Shown one piece after another: positions 1 to 8,686 of a DNA stretch of 46,054 nucleotides. Every line of letters begins with the position of its first letter. Within the stretch, counting starts at the first letter, position 1. The stretch covers positions 1-46,054 of the forward strand of contig JBLRXG010000001.1 in NCBI GenBank assembly GCA_047920855.1. Direction: 5' to 3'. Position numbers and translations under genes: made by a program. The notes under the pieces are model-generated. The model had not been told where the DNA came from, did not search any database, and worked only from the letters and a program-made list of their open reading frames with translations. This DNA is from Dehalococcoidia bacterium. GTDB taxonomy: Bacteria; Chloroflexota; Dehalococcoidia; GIF9; AB-539-J10.

Positions 1-708
1 GACGGGGAAACGCCGCAGCCGCATTACATCTACGTCGCCTGCGGCACGATGGGCACGACCGCCGGACTGCTACTGGGACTGAGAGCAGCCAAGCTCGATA
101 CCCGCGTTGTCTCGGTACGCGTCACCGCCGAGAGATTCGTCAATACGAGAGCGATGATCAGGCTCATAGGCAGGGCCAATTCCTTCCTGCATTCTCTGGA
201 TCCTTCTTTTCCGGTGTTCGAGTTCTCGGCCGCGGACATCGACATCAGGCACGATTGTTTCGGGAGACGGTACGCCCTCTACACGCAGGAGGCAATGGAG
301 GCGGTATCGCTGATGCGAGAACGCGAAGGTATTAAGCTTGACGGCACCTATACGGGAAAGGCCATGGTCGCCCTGATCAGAGACGCAGAGAACAGAGTTC
401 TGCGAGGCAAGTCGGTCCTGTTCTGGAACACGCTGAACTCCAGATCTCACCCAGAGTTGACCGCCGATCTCGATTATCGTGAACTGCCCCGCTCGTTTCA
501 CCGCTATTTTCGGGAGGAACCACAGCCGCTCGATCGCGAACCAGAGAACCGGAGGTCCGGCGGCGGAGATGGTCAGTGGAGATGGTCAGTGATGGGTAAC
601 GGGAGGACCGGCATCCGACCCTGTAGACCCGTCCTGCGTGCTAGCCGGCAAAGAACTGCTGTTTGCGCCGGCAAGCTAGCCCGATTCGAGGTGGCGTACG
701 GGCGGTGA
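1..708 (+). CDS. PLP-dependent ACC deaminase / D-cysteine desulfhydrase family protein (5' end outside window)
   Basis: Frame 1 is open from nt 1 (..YIYVACGTMGTTAGLLLGL..GTYTGKAM..LFWNT), matching the C-terminal half of the ACC-deaminase/DcyD fold. Stop TGA is at 706-708. The last ~45 codons look non-native; see the tandem duplication at 565-590. Confidence 0.65.
   Translation, partial: DGETPQPHYIYVACGTMGTTAGLLLGLRAAKLDTRVVSVRVTAERFVNTRAMIRLIGRANSFLHSLDPSFPVFEFSAADIDIRHDCFGRRYALYTQEAMEAVSLMREREGIKLDGTYTGKAMVALIRDAENRVLRGKSVLFWNTLNSRSHPELTADLDYRELPRSFHRYFREEPQPLDREPENRRSGGGDGQWRWSVMGNGRTGIRPCRPVLRASRQRTAVCAGKLARFEVAYGR
565..590 (+). repeat. perfect 13-bp tandem duplication (GGAGATGGTCAGT x2)
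   Basis: Read directly: 565-577 and 578-590 are identical. With a single copy, the reading frame would hit TGA right after ..GGGDGQ. Confidence 0.9.
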
Positions 709-743
709 GGGCACGATCCCGGCGGCTCTCTGCTGCAATAAAG

Positions 744-1982
744 ATGGCAGAACCTTCACCTCAGGGACAGGGTATGGACATAAGGGTGTTCGCAGTCCTG
801 CTTCTGTGCGTCTTCTGTTCATTGCTGGGTGTGGGGATAGTGAGCCCGTTGCTGCCGCTATACGCCGAGGCTATGGGAGCAAGCGGGGTGCTGCTGGGCA
901 TGATCTTCAGTTCCTTCACGATAACGCGGGCAATAGTCATTCCCTTCATCGGTCCGCTCTCAGATCGCCGAGGCAGGAAGCTCTTTCTGCTCATCGGATT
1001 CGGCGGTTTCACCCTGGCTACATTGGGCTACGTGCTGGCAATCACGCCGCTCCATCTGATCCTGACGCGTGCCGTGCAGGGAGCCACGGCGGGCATGATG
1101 CTGCCCATCGCCAGGGCGTTCATCGGCGACCTCTGCCCCAGGGGTGAGGAAGGCAGATGGCAGGGCATAGCCAATGCGGCCTTCTTCGGCGGCTTCGCAA
1201 TGGGGCCGCTCATCGGAGGGCCGATAGCTGAGTTGCACGGGTACAACGCGGCCTTCTACTTAATGGGGGGGATCTGTATGCTCAGCTTCCTGCTGGCCCT
1301 CCGCTTCCTGCCGGAAAGCGGATCACGCCGCAGCGGAGGAGGAAGCCAATCCCCAACCGACTCCTTCAAGCTGATTCGCAGCAACGGCATGTTCCGCGGT
1401 CTCACCTTTTATCGAACGGCCCTTGCCCTTGCACGCGGCTGTCTCATGACCTTCCTACCCGTCTTCGCCGCTTCCTCACTGAAGATAGGCGTGGGACTGA
1501 TCGGGATAATGCTGGCAGTTCACAATCTGCTCAGGGCATCAGTGCAGCCGTACTTCGGTGGCCTGGCCGACAGGTTCAACAGGCGCACGCTGGTGATCAT
1601 TGGTGCCCTGTCCCACATCGCCTTCTTCTTCCTGATCCCGATGGACTACGCCTACTGGCAGCTACTGGTGCTGGTCGCCTTCGGGGGCATTGCCGCCGCC
1701 ATCGCCATGCCCGCGATGACCGCCCTGTACACCGAGCAGGGCAGGATCTCGGGCATGGGCACTGCCATGTCCATGGAGATGCTGGCGATGGCCGTAGGCA
1801 TGGGCATAGGACCGATTGCCGGCGGGCTGGTAGCGGACGCTATCAACGTTCAAGCTGTGTTCTACTTCTCCGCCGCAGTGCAAGTCGTAGGTATCGCCCT
1901 GTTCTACATGCTAACCAGGGACTACAGCGCCAACAAAGGGATTGCCAGCGAGAAGCCGCCCGACATCCAGCCGCACGATTGA
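744..1982 (+). CDS. MFS transporter
   Basis: About 12 hydrophobic segments and an MFS loop motif (GPLSDRRGRK). ATG at 744 was chosen over the upstream GTG-type start at 663, which would overlap the preceding gene. Confidence 0.85.
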   Translation: MAEPSPQGQGMDIRVFAVLLLCVFCSLLGVGIVSPLLPLYAEAMGASGVLLGMIFSSFTITRAIVIPFIGPLSDRRGRKLFLLIGFGGFTLATLGYVLAITPLHLILTRAVQGATAGMMLPIARAFIGDLCPRGEEGRWQGIANAAFFGGFAMGPLIGGPIAELHGYNAAFYLMGGICMLSFLLALRFLPESGSRRSGGGSQSPTDSFKLIRSNGMFRGLTFYRTALALARGCLMTFLPVFAASSLKIGVGLIGIMLAVHNLLRASVQPYFGGLADRFNRRTLVIIGALSHIAFFFLIPMDYAYWQLLVLVAFGGIAAAIAMPAMTALYTEQGRISGMGTAMSMEMLAMAVGMGIGPIAGGLVADAINVQAVFYFSAAVQVVGIALFYMLTRDYSANKGIASEKPPDIQPHD

Positions 1983-2133
1983 TGTCCCCGACATCGTACC
2001 TTGCCCGCCCGACTCAACAAAAGGCACGGGCCAGGAAGTCTCGCTTCTGTGTTCCACCAAATCGTGCGACCCTTCGCCCGCCCTCGCCCGGTTCTGCTTT
2101 GACAGCCATCGGGAGTTAGTATATATTATCAAC

Positions 2134-2148
2134 TATATAACTTATATA
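2134..2148. promoter_or_regulatory. perfect palindrome TATATAA-C-TTATATA in the only AT-rich patch upstream of marR-MATE; candidate MarR operator/promoter
   Basis: Read directly. It lies 25 nt upstream of the MarR ATG (2173) inside an AT-rich block (2116-2150) in otherwise GC-rich DNA. Confidence 0.45.
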
Positions 2149-2172
2149 CCATCATCAGGGCGAAGTTCTAGC

Positions 2173-2640
2173 ATGGACTCGAAGGCTCGTCAAGATACGC
2201 TGGAAAAGGTGTCGATAGACCTGCTGTCTATCCCGCCGCTCATTTTCCGACAGATACGCAGAAAGGTGATCAAGACCACCCTGAGCGATCTCAAGGGAGG
2301 TATCACCCTGCACCAGTTCGAGATCATCAGGTTGCTTGAGAATGAGGGAAACCTGCACATCGCCGAAATCGGCGACAGACTTCACATCGCCAGAGCGCAG
2401 ATGACCCAACTAATAGACAAGCTGGCACGCCTTAGACTGGTGGAAAGACATGCCGACATGACCGACAGGCGGACCACTATCGTTACCCTGTCCGGCCACG
2501 GAAAATCGGTCTGGAAGGAACATAAGGCCAGCGTGATGCACGCCGTTCAGGAGACCGTTTCACAGCTACCAGATGAGGACCTGAGATCTCTGTCCGATAC
2601 ACTGGAGAAGCTCCAGGAAATACTGTCCAGACTGCGCTAG
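2173..2640 (+). CDS. MarR family transcriptional regulator
   Basis: Winged-HTH MarR pattern (LHQFEIIRLL..IAEIGDRLHIARAQMTQLIDKLARLRLVERHADMTDRRTTIVTLS). The internal ATG at 2173 gives the usual ~155 aa. Confidence 0.85.
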   Translation: MDSKARQDTLEKVSIDLLSIPPLIFRQIRRKVIKTTLSDLKGGITLHQFEIIRLLENEGNLHIAEIGDRLHIARAQMTQLIDKLARLRLVERHADMTDRRTTIVTLSGHGKSVWKEHKASVMHAVQETVSQLPDEDLRSLSDTLEKLQEILSRLR

Positions 2641-2688
2641 GCACGCCCGGCAGCACTTGATGCACAGCACGAGAGATGATATAGCTCT

Positions 2689-4056
2689 ATGAACAACAGC
2701 CGCCAGAACATACTCGACGACGACCGGATCGGCCGCCTGATGGTCAAGCTGTCCCTCCCCGCGCTCACCGGCATTCTCGTGATGACCCTCTACAACGTGG
2801 TCGATACCATCTTCGTGGGGCATTATGTGGGCCCGGATGGCATCGCCGGCCTGACCATAGTCTTCCCCGCGCAGATGCTCATGATGGCGATCGGGCAGAT
2901 GATGGGGATGGGAGGCTCATCGCTGATCTCCCGATCGATCGGAGCAGGGAAGATCGAAAGGGCAGAGCACGCGCTGGGCAACGCCCTTACGGCGGCTGCA
3001 GCACTCTCAGTGATAGTCATGATAGTCGGCCTAACCAACACCGACGCTCTACTCAGGCTGATGGGGGCATCGGAGAGCGTCCTGCCTCACGCCCGCGACT
3101 ACATGACATTCATACTAGTTTCCGTGCCATTCAAAACGATCACCATGGCAATGAACGCCCTGATAAGAGCAGAGGGCAACGCCCGCGTTCCCATGGTCGG
3201 GATGATTATGGGTGCCGTCCTGAACATCATACTTGACGCCGTATTCATCGTACTGCTGGGCATGGGTATAAGAGGAGCGGCTCTGGGCACCTTGATAGCG
3301 TCCATTGTCACCGCCTCTTACTTCATCATCTACTACGTGTCGGGCAGGAGCTTCCTGAAGATCCACACGAATAACCTCGCTATCGAATGGGGCATCCTGG
3401 GAGCCATTCTCGCCATAGGGATCTCTGCATTCGTGAATCTCTCGGCCGGCAGTCTGGCAATAGTCTTCATCAACAGGACGCTGGCCGCCTTAGGAGGTGA
3501 TGTAGCCATCTCCGCCTACGGGCTTGTCAATCGCATTATGTCGTTCGTCTTTATGCCCGGTATCGTCATCGGGATGGGCCTGCAGCCTATCCTGGGGTTC
3601 AACTACGGCGCAAAGCGCTATGACAGGGCACTGAAGGCCATCAAGATAGCCGTGATCGCTGCTACAGCCATCAGCATCGCCGCATTCCTGGCTGTATACT
3701 TCGTTCCTGAGGTATTCATCCGTATCTTTACCACCGACAGAGATGTAATCGCAATGGGAGGCTACGCTGCCAGGCACATCTTCTTCCTGAAATACCTCGT
3801 AGGCTTCATCATGATCGGCTCTGTGATCTTCCAGGCCATAGGCAAGGCGCCCCAGGCGTTCATAATAGCAATTGCCAGGCCGGTCGTGTTCCTGCTTCCG
3901 CTGGTCTTCATACTGCCCAACTACTGGCAGCTTGACGGCGTGTGGCTGGCATTTCCCGGCGCAGACCTGCTTACCTTCATAATGGTTCTTGTTCTACTCA
4001 TCCCGCAGATTCGGACGTTCCGCAGGCTGGACCACGCGAGCCGCGGCGAGGTTTGA
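2689..4056 (+). CDS. MATE family efflux transporter
   Basis: 455 aa with 12 TM segments and a typical MATE N-terminus (LMVKLSLPALTGILVMTLYNVVDTIFVGH). Lies 48 nt downstream of marR. Confidence 0.9.
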   Translation: MNNSRQNILDDDRIGRLMVKLSLPALTGILVMTLYNVVDTIFVGHYVGPDGIAGLTIVFPAQMLMMAIGQMMGMGGSSLISRSIGAGKIERAEHALGNALTAAAALSVIVMIVGLTNTDALLRLMGASESVLPHARDYMTFILVSVPFKTITMAMNALIRAEGNARVPMVGMIMGAVLNIILDAVFIVLLGMGIRGAALGTLIASIVTASYFIIYYVSGRSFLKIHTNNLAIEWGILGAILAIGISAFVNLSAGSLAIVFINRTLAALGGDVAISAYGLVNRIMSFVFMPGIVIGMGLQPILGFNYGAKRYDRALKAIKIAVIAATAISIAAFLAVYFVPEVFIRIFTTDRDVIAMGGYAARHIFFLKYLVGFIMIGSVIFQAIGKAPQAFIIAIARPVVFLLPLVFILPNYWQLDGVWLAFPGADLLTFIMVLVLLIPQIRTFRRLDHASRGEV

Positions 4057-4370
4057 CCGACACGCTCGAAGGTCATCCGGCGCTCCAGCGATGATGCAGA
4101 ATCACTTACGTATGACCTCAATCGATCCGCCCGGTTGACGAGATCGTGATAGTAGGTCGCAGTCGTGTACACAAGGATCAGCAACCTGAGCTAGCGCAGC
4201 AGTGATTCGCGGCGGTTGCGATCACCCCGGCTGCTTGTCCACCCCGCGATAGGCTACTCAGAACCCTTCGATTCCTCGCCGGCATTCCCGAAGGTTCCGT
4301 GACAAGCGCTCCCTCTGAACGCAACAGACCTATTACCCATCGGATAGAATATCCTTTATACTTAAGAGCG

Positions 4371-4772
4371 ATGCAGACCTTTCTACCTTATCCTGAGTTC
4401 GATAGATCGGCTGCCGTCCTGGATAGACAGCGACTGGGCAAGCAGAGGGTGGAGGCATATCAGATCATGCGCGCCATCGCCCTGGGAAACGGCTGGTCGA
4501 ATCACCCGATCGTCAGAATGTGGACGGGCTATGAAGAGGCACTCAAGCTGTATTCAAACGTGATGGTGGAGGAATGGATAAGGCGTGGCTACCGAAACAA
4601 CATGGAGATATATGACATCACAGAGCCGATGATCGAGTATCCATGGTGGCTTGGCACTGAGGAATTTCACGCCTCACACCGGGCGGCACTGCTTGCCAAG
4701 GATTATCCTCACTACTCCCAATACGGGTGGAGCGAAATCCCGCGTATCGAGTACGTGTGGTATCGAGCATGA
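4371..4772 (+). CDS. MSMEG_6728 / pyrimidine-dimer DNA glycosylase-like family protein
   Basis: The N-terminus MQTFLPYPEFDRSAAVLDRQRLGKQRVE matches my recollection of this conserved small family. ATG at 4371 was preferred over the GTG at 4299. Confidence 0.55.
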   Translation: MQTFLPYPEFDRSAAVLDRQRLGKQRVEAYQIMRAIALGNGWSNHPIVRMWTGYEEALKLYSNVMVEEWIRRGYRNNMEIYDITEPMIEYPWWLGTEEFHASHRAALLAKDYPHYSQYGWSEIPRIEYVWYRA

Positions 4773-4809
4773 CGACGGAGACTTCCTGATGAAAGAGGAG
4801 GACCGACAG

Positions 4810-5160
4810 ATGATTGAAAGACTCGACTTCTACTGCTGGGTAAGGTGAACTACCTGTCGCAAAGCGAAAGAGTTTCTTTCGCAACAGGGCATCCAGATCA
4901 ACGAGCGCGATTTCTTCAAGAGCCCATTCACGCGGGATGAGATCACGGATCTACTGAAGGGCAAGTCCCCTTCCGAGATGTTCAACTTCAGAAGCCCGAG
5001 CTTCAAGCAGATGGGGCTGTCGAGGGAGGCTCTGAGCGATGATGATCTCGTTGGTCTGATGCTGAAAGAGCCCAGGCTTGTTCGCAGGCCCGTCGTGCGT
5101 ATAGGGGACGCCGTGTACTTCGGCGCTGACAGATCAGTACTCGAACGTCTGCTACCTTGA
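4810..5160 (+). CDS. ArsC/Spx/YffB-family thioredoxin-fold protein with in-frame TGA (4846-4848) read as selenocysteine (UxxC)
   Basis: ORF-track fragments 4651..4848 and 4978..5160 are in the same frame. The joined product is MIERLDFYCWVR-U-TTCRKAKEFLSQQGIQINERDFF..EPRLVRRPVV.. and aligns along its length to Spx/ArsC. AGGAGG lies 9 nt upstream of the ATG at 4810. A hairpin follows directly after the TGA. Confidence 0.6.
4853..4888 (+). promoter_or_regulatory. SECIS-like stem-loop immediately 3' of the in-frame TGA
   Basis: Lower stem CCTGT (4853-57) pairs with ACAGG (4884-88). Upper stem GCGAAAGA (4864-71) pairs with TCTTTCGC (4875-82). The apical loop is GTT, about 25 nt after the UGA. Confidence 0.5.
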
Positions 5161-5267
5161 TACGAGGCAGTCACACAATTCAGCATCTCGTGAACACTTG
5201 CCAGCAATACCTCACAGGGTGGTCCATGCGTACCAGGACCGGGCACAGGTGAAGCGTTCTCTCCCTT

Positions 5268-6905
5268 CTACCAAGGATCAATGAAATCGTGACTTGTACT
5301 CCCTGTGCGTTCGACGGCAGCAGCTTTGAGGCCCTTCGCGATCCATCCGCGTGTAGCAGCAGGGTCAATAACGGCGTCGATCTCAAGGTGAGAGGCCATG
5401 TTCATGGCCTTCCCTCTTTCATATGCCAGGGACACCAGGCTTTCGTAGAGCGCTTCACGCTCCTGCGGGTCTTCGACTGCCTCAAGCTCCTTTCTGAATC
5501 CGGCCTTGACCGCACCCTCCAGTCCCATCCCACCGAACTCCCCCGTTGGCCACGCAACCGCAAAGACGGGCTCGTGGAAACCCCCCTTGGCCATGGCCAT
5601 TGCCCCCAGTCCATACCCTCTGCGGAGAAAGACAGTAAAGAAGGGTACCGATAGATGTGATCCTACCACGAACAAACGGCAGCCGTGGCGAACCTGAGCG
5701 CGTCGCTCAGTCTCCGGCCCCACCATGAATCCCGGAGTATCGACCAGCGATACGATGGGCAGACCATGTGCGTTGCAGAGCTGCATGAAGCGCGCGGCCT
5801 TGTCCGCGCCATCCGCTTCAATGGCGCCGCCGAGGTGTTTGCAGTTATTGGCTATCACCCCAAGAGGATTGCCCTCGATGCGCATCAGCCCCGTGATCAT
5901 CTCCAGCCCAAATCCGGATCTCAGCTCGAGAAATGAGCCTGTATCAGCCGTCGTCTCTATGATGGTCCGCACATCGTAGGCGTATCGCCGCTGCTCTGGA
6001 ACCATGCCGCGAAGAAGGCGCTGATCGGCCGCCTCCCACTGGGCAATCGATCCCTGGAAGTAGGACAGATACTCCTTGGCGACTGCAACAGCCTCCGCAT
6101 CATCTGCCACTGCAATGTCGACAACGCCATTTTTCGTCTGTACAGCCATAGGCCCGATATCCTCGGGCTTGAAAGCACCAAGCCCCCCACCCTCGACCAT
6201 TACCGGGCCAGCCATCCCAATGCTGGAATTCTCTGCCGCAATAATCACATCACAGCACCCAAGCAGCACGGCATTGCCGGCAAAGCATCGACCCGATACG
6301 ATGCCCACAAGTGGTACTCTGCCGCTCAACTGTGCAAACATGGCAAAGGTCGTTAGATCCAGACCGGCCACCACAACGCCATCCGCGTCCACGTCTCCTG
6401 GCCTACCACCACCGCCTTCAGCAAACAAGACCACGGGCAGTCTCTGCTCGCGGGCCAGTCTCAGCATACGATCCTTCTTCTTGTGCCCGAAGAACCCCTG
6501 AGTACCGGCCAGGACCGTGTAATCGTAGGCTATGACCATGCAGCGGGCCCTGTCCTCTGCAAACAACGACCCGTTGACCGATCCGATCCCTGCGATCACT
6601 GCATCGGCCGGTGTCTTTCTCATGAGGTGTTCCATGGATCTGCGTTGTCGCTGAGCGGCCACTGCCAGGGCACCGTACTCGACGAAATCGCAATCACAGA
6701 GGTCTTCTATGTTCGCACGAACCATGCGCTGATTCCTCGCCTGTCGTCGCGCAACTGCCTCAGGCCGCCTATCATCGGCGAGCCAGGAGTGCCTCTCTAT
6801 CACCTCTTTGAGATCAGCGCGCATCGACTCCTGATCAGATCGCTGCTCTGTCGACTGAGGGTTCCGTCCGTCCTTCACTTCGTAGTCTCTCTCAGATTCT
6901 TCCAT
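5268..6905 (-). CDS. acyl-CoA carboxylase carboxyltransferase (beta) subunit family protein
   Basis: Two crotonase-like carboxyltransferase halves (GSVNG..AYDYTVLAGTQG; PIVSLVDTPGFMVG..E..G..RHG). AGGAG lies upstream of the ATG at 6905. Confidence 0.85.
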   Translation of the reverse strand: MEESERDYEVKDGRNPQSTEQRSDQESMRADLKEVIERHSWLADDRRPEAVARRQARNQRMVRANIEDLCDCDFVEYGALAVAAQRQRRSMEHLMRKTPADAVIAGIGSVNGSLFAEDRARCMVIAYDYTVLAGTQGFFGHKKKDRMLRLAREQRLPVVLFAEGGGGRPGDVDADGVVVAGLDLTTFAMFAQLSGRVPLVGIVSGRCFAGNAVLLGCCDVIIAAENSSIGMAGPVMVEGGGLGAFKPEDIGPMAVQTKNGVVDIAVADDAEAVAVAKEYLSYFQGSIAQWEAADQRLLRGMVPEQRRYAYDVRTIIETTADTGSFLELRSGFGLEMITGLMRIEGNPLGVIANNCKHLGGAIEADGADKAARFMQLCNAHGLPIVSLVDTPGFMVGPETERRAQVRHGCRLFVVGSHLSVPFFTVFLRRGYGLGAMAMAKGGFHEPVFAVAWPTGEFGGMGLEGAVKAGFRKELEAVEDPQEREALYESLVSLAYERGKAMNMASHLEIDAVIDPAATRGWIAKGLKAAAVERTGSTSHDFIDPW

Positions 6906-7123
6906 GGATATCCCCTTTCTCCTGACACGAACTGCTGGCATGTGCCGCGAATACCATCAAGCAGGAATCGGTCCGGCGGCTATCACTCATGTCCCGACGC
7001 AAGATCGCCGCATCAAGCTCTGTAGGTGTTCACCCCCTCCGCAACTGAGATTCCGCTTTGTTGCTGCAGGCACCCGGCACATTATGTCGTGGAGAGCCCT
7101 GCACTATCCAGTAATGCCGGCTT

Positions 7124-7430
7124 CTACCGACTGTGAACGCCCTCGCACCACAAGCCTAGCACAGCACCCGGATCGCCGACCGGTCGCCATTCATGATGAT
7201 GCTCTCGGGGTTCCTGATACACCTCCTGGTACGACACCTCCCACAGCATGCCCAGACCCCGGCCTCTCTCCAGACGAGATAGTAGGACACCTGCCTCTAC
7301 GGTGTCAATGCCGGCTGCGGATGGGATAGCGCACGCTGAGGCATGGCCGTCGCCCCCCCCATCAGCAGATCCCGGTTGACAGGCCACCCTTCATCCGCCT
7401 CGAAGACCATGATGGGCATTAGAGGCCTTC
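7124..7430 (-). pseudogene. degraded GNAT-type acetyltransferase remnant
   Basis: A minus-strand reading gives ..VLLSRLERGRGLG.. (GNAT R/QxxGxG motif). ..IIMNGDRSAIRVL.. and ..ARAFTVG.. appear only in other frames. A C8/G8 homopolymer sits at 7353-7360. No single intact frame exists. Confidence 0.3.
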
Positions 7431-7466
7431 AGAGATGATCGGAGAGGTGAGTCTCAGTCCTGTGAT

Positions 7467-7495
7467 TTGCTTCTGGCATACCTTCGAGTCATAAT
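7467..7495 (+). promoter_or_regulatory. candidate sigma70-type promoter (TTGCTT-17-CATAAT) for the cupin gene
   Basis: Read directly. It would give a ~115-nt 5' UTR. Confidence 0.3.
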
Positions 7496-7616
7496 GACAG
7501 GACTTCAATATGGTTCGGATTTCCACCCTTAATCGTGCGACGTATGTTGCCGGTTGGATGAACCAGCGGTACAGTCGTTCGCCGATCATGATCCTGATCA
7601 CATCGAGGAGGCCTCA

Positions 7617-7964
7617 ATGAATGTAACCAGGCTGGACAAAGTCGAAAAGACAGTTCCTGAGATGGAAGGGGCTAAGGGCATATATAAGCAGATTCCCTTA
7701 TCCAGAGAAGACGGAGTTCCCGCATTCTCATTCCGGGTATTCACCATTGAGCCGGGAGGGCATACCCCGTTTCACCAGCATGCATTCGAGCATATGAACT
7801 ACATAATAAGTGGTGAAGGAATCCTGGTCGGTGATGATATTGACCGTGAGTTGAGAGAAGGCGATTTTGCACTGGTCTTGCCCGGAGAAAGACACCAGTA
7901 CAGGAACTCATCTGAAGACAAGAGCCTGGTCATGATCTGTGCTGTCCCGAAAGAATACGAGTGA
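7617..7964 (+). CDS. cupin domain protein
   Basis: Cupin motifs GGHTPFHQHAFEH .. GDFALVLPGERHQYRN. GAGGAGG lies 7 nt upstream of the ATG at 7617. Confidence 0.8.
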   Translation: MNVTRLDKVEKTVPEMEGAKGIYKQIPLSREDGVPAFSFRVFTIEPGGHTPFHQHAFEHMNYIISGEGILVGDDIDRELREGDFALVLPGERHQYRNSSEDKSLVMICAVPKEYE

Positions 7965-8104
7965 CGGTTCCCGTGGCACCAGCCGCCTAGAAGGTTGCCC
8001 GGTCACCCAGATTGTACCTGCGTGATTCCGTGCATACGCAATGATCCCCGGGCTGTTGATCTCTGGCTGGCTCGTGGTAGAATGGAACCGCGAGATCCGC
8101 GGGT

Positions 8105-8428
8105 ATGAGGAGAATCGGTGTTCTCATCATCGTCCTGGCCCTAGCTGCCGGCATGGTAGGCTGTCGGCCTGTTCAGTACCAGCTTACCATAACCAGCACG
8201 GAGGGCGGTTCTGTAGTGAGCCCTGGCGAGGGGACTTTCACCTATAACAAGGGAAGAGTGGTGAGAGTGAGAGCCAGGAACTGCCTCGGCTACTGGTTTT
8301 CCGAATGGACCGGCGATGTGGACACGATCGCAAATCTCAGGAGCTTCGTGACAACCATCACCATGGACGGAGACTACACAATAGAAGCTAGTTTCAAGCG
8401 TTCCTGTGATCGTGAAACGTCCGGGTAG
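8105..8428 (+). CDS. lipoprotein with a single InlB B-repeat (Listeria-Bacteroides repeat) domain
   Basis: Signal peptide plus lipobox (LALAAGMVGC), then LTITSTEGGSVVSPGEGTFTY..GYWFSEWTGDV..TITMDGDYTIEASF. Confidence 0.7.
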   Translation: MRRIGVLIIVLALAAGMVGCRPVQYQLTITSTEGGSVVSPGEGTFTYNKGRVVRVRARNCLGYWFSEWTGDVDTIANLRSFVTTITMDGDYTIEASFKRSCDRETSG

Positions 8429-8535
8429 CACTCATAGTTTCTACAGAGATAGCAGGCCGGCGTGGTCAGTTAAGGCCGCTTGACCTCACCTTGCTTTGCA
8501 GGATAACCGCTGTAGACAAGGGCACGACCGGGAGC

Positions 8536-8686
8536 AAGAAAAGCAAACGCCCCGAGTCACCTTGTCTGCCCTGCCACTCCTCGTCCGGGCGGCTATCTGC
8601 CTACCTTGCGCTTCCCTTACCCGCGCCTTTCAGCCTTCACCAAAACCCAACTCCTGACAGGGCCCTCCTCAGCTACTCGGGGCGAT
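8536..8686 (-). ncRNA. candidate stand-alone structured small RNA (family unassigned)
   Basis: It lies in a 340-nt gap between convergent genes. Minus-strand TTGACA (8720-8715), 17 nt, TTAAAT (8697-8692). The closing helix pairs CCCCGAGT (8682-8675) with ACTCGGGG (8557-8550), followed by CGTTTGCTTTTCTT. There is an internal 9-bp helix and a GCGC/GCGC apical hairpin. Confidence 0.4.

Noticed and set aside
1942-2172. Longer 232-aa version of the first MarR
   Set aside because: The extra 77 residues overlap the MFS 3' end and cross the AT-rich promoter/palindrome. MarR proteins are ~150 aa.
4830-5246. 138-aa minus-strand ORF opposite the ArsC/Spx-like region
   Set aside because: It has no recognisable family. 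The plus strand gives a full-length family alignment once the TGA is read through.
8536-8686. Possible RNase P RNA or SRP (4.5S) RNA
   Set aside because: - Local resemblance exists to the RNase P segment GGUGAAAGGGUGCGGUAAGAGCGCAC and to the 4.5S 3' half.
- The universal P4 motif GAGGAAAGUCC and ACAGAA..CGGCUUA are absent.
- The SRP helix-8 GGAA tetraloop with AGCAGC is absent.
- The length (~150 nt) is wrong for RNase P.
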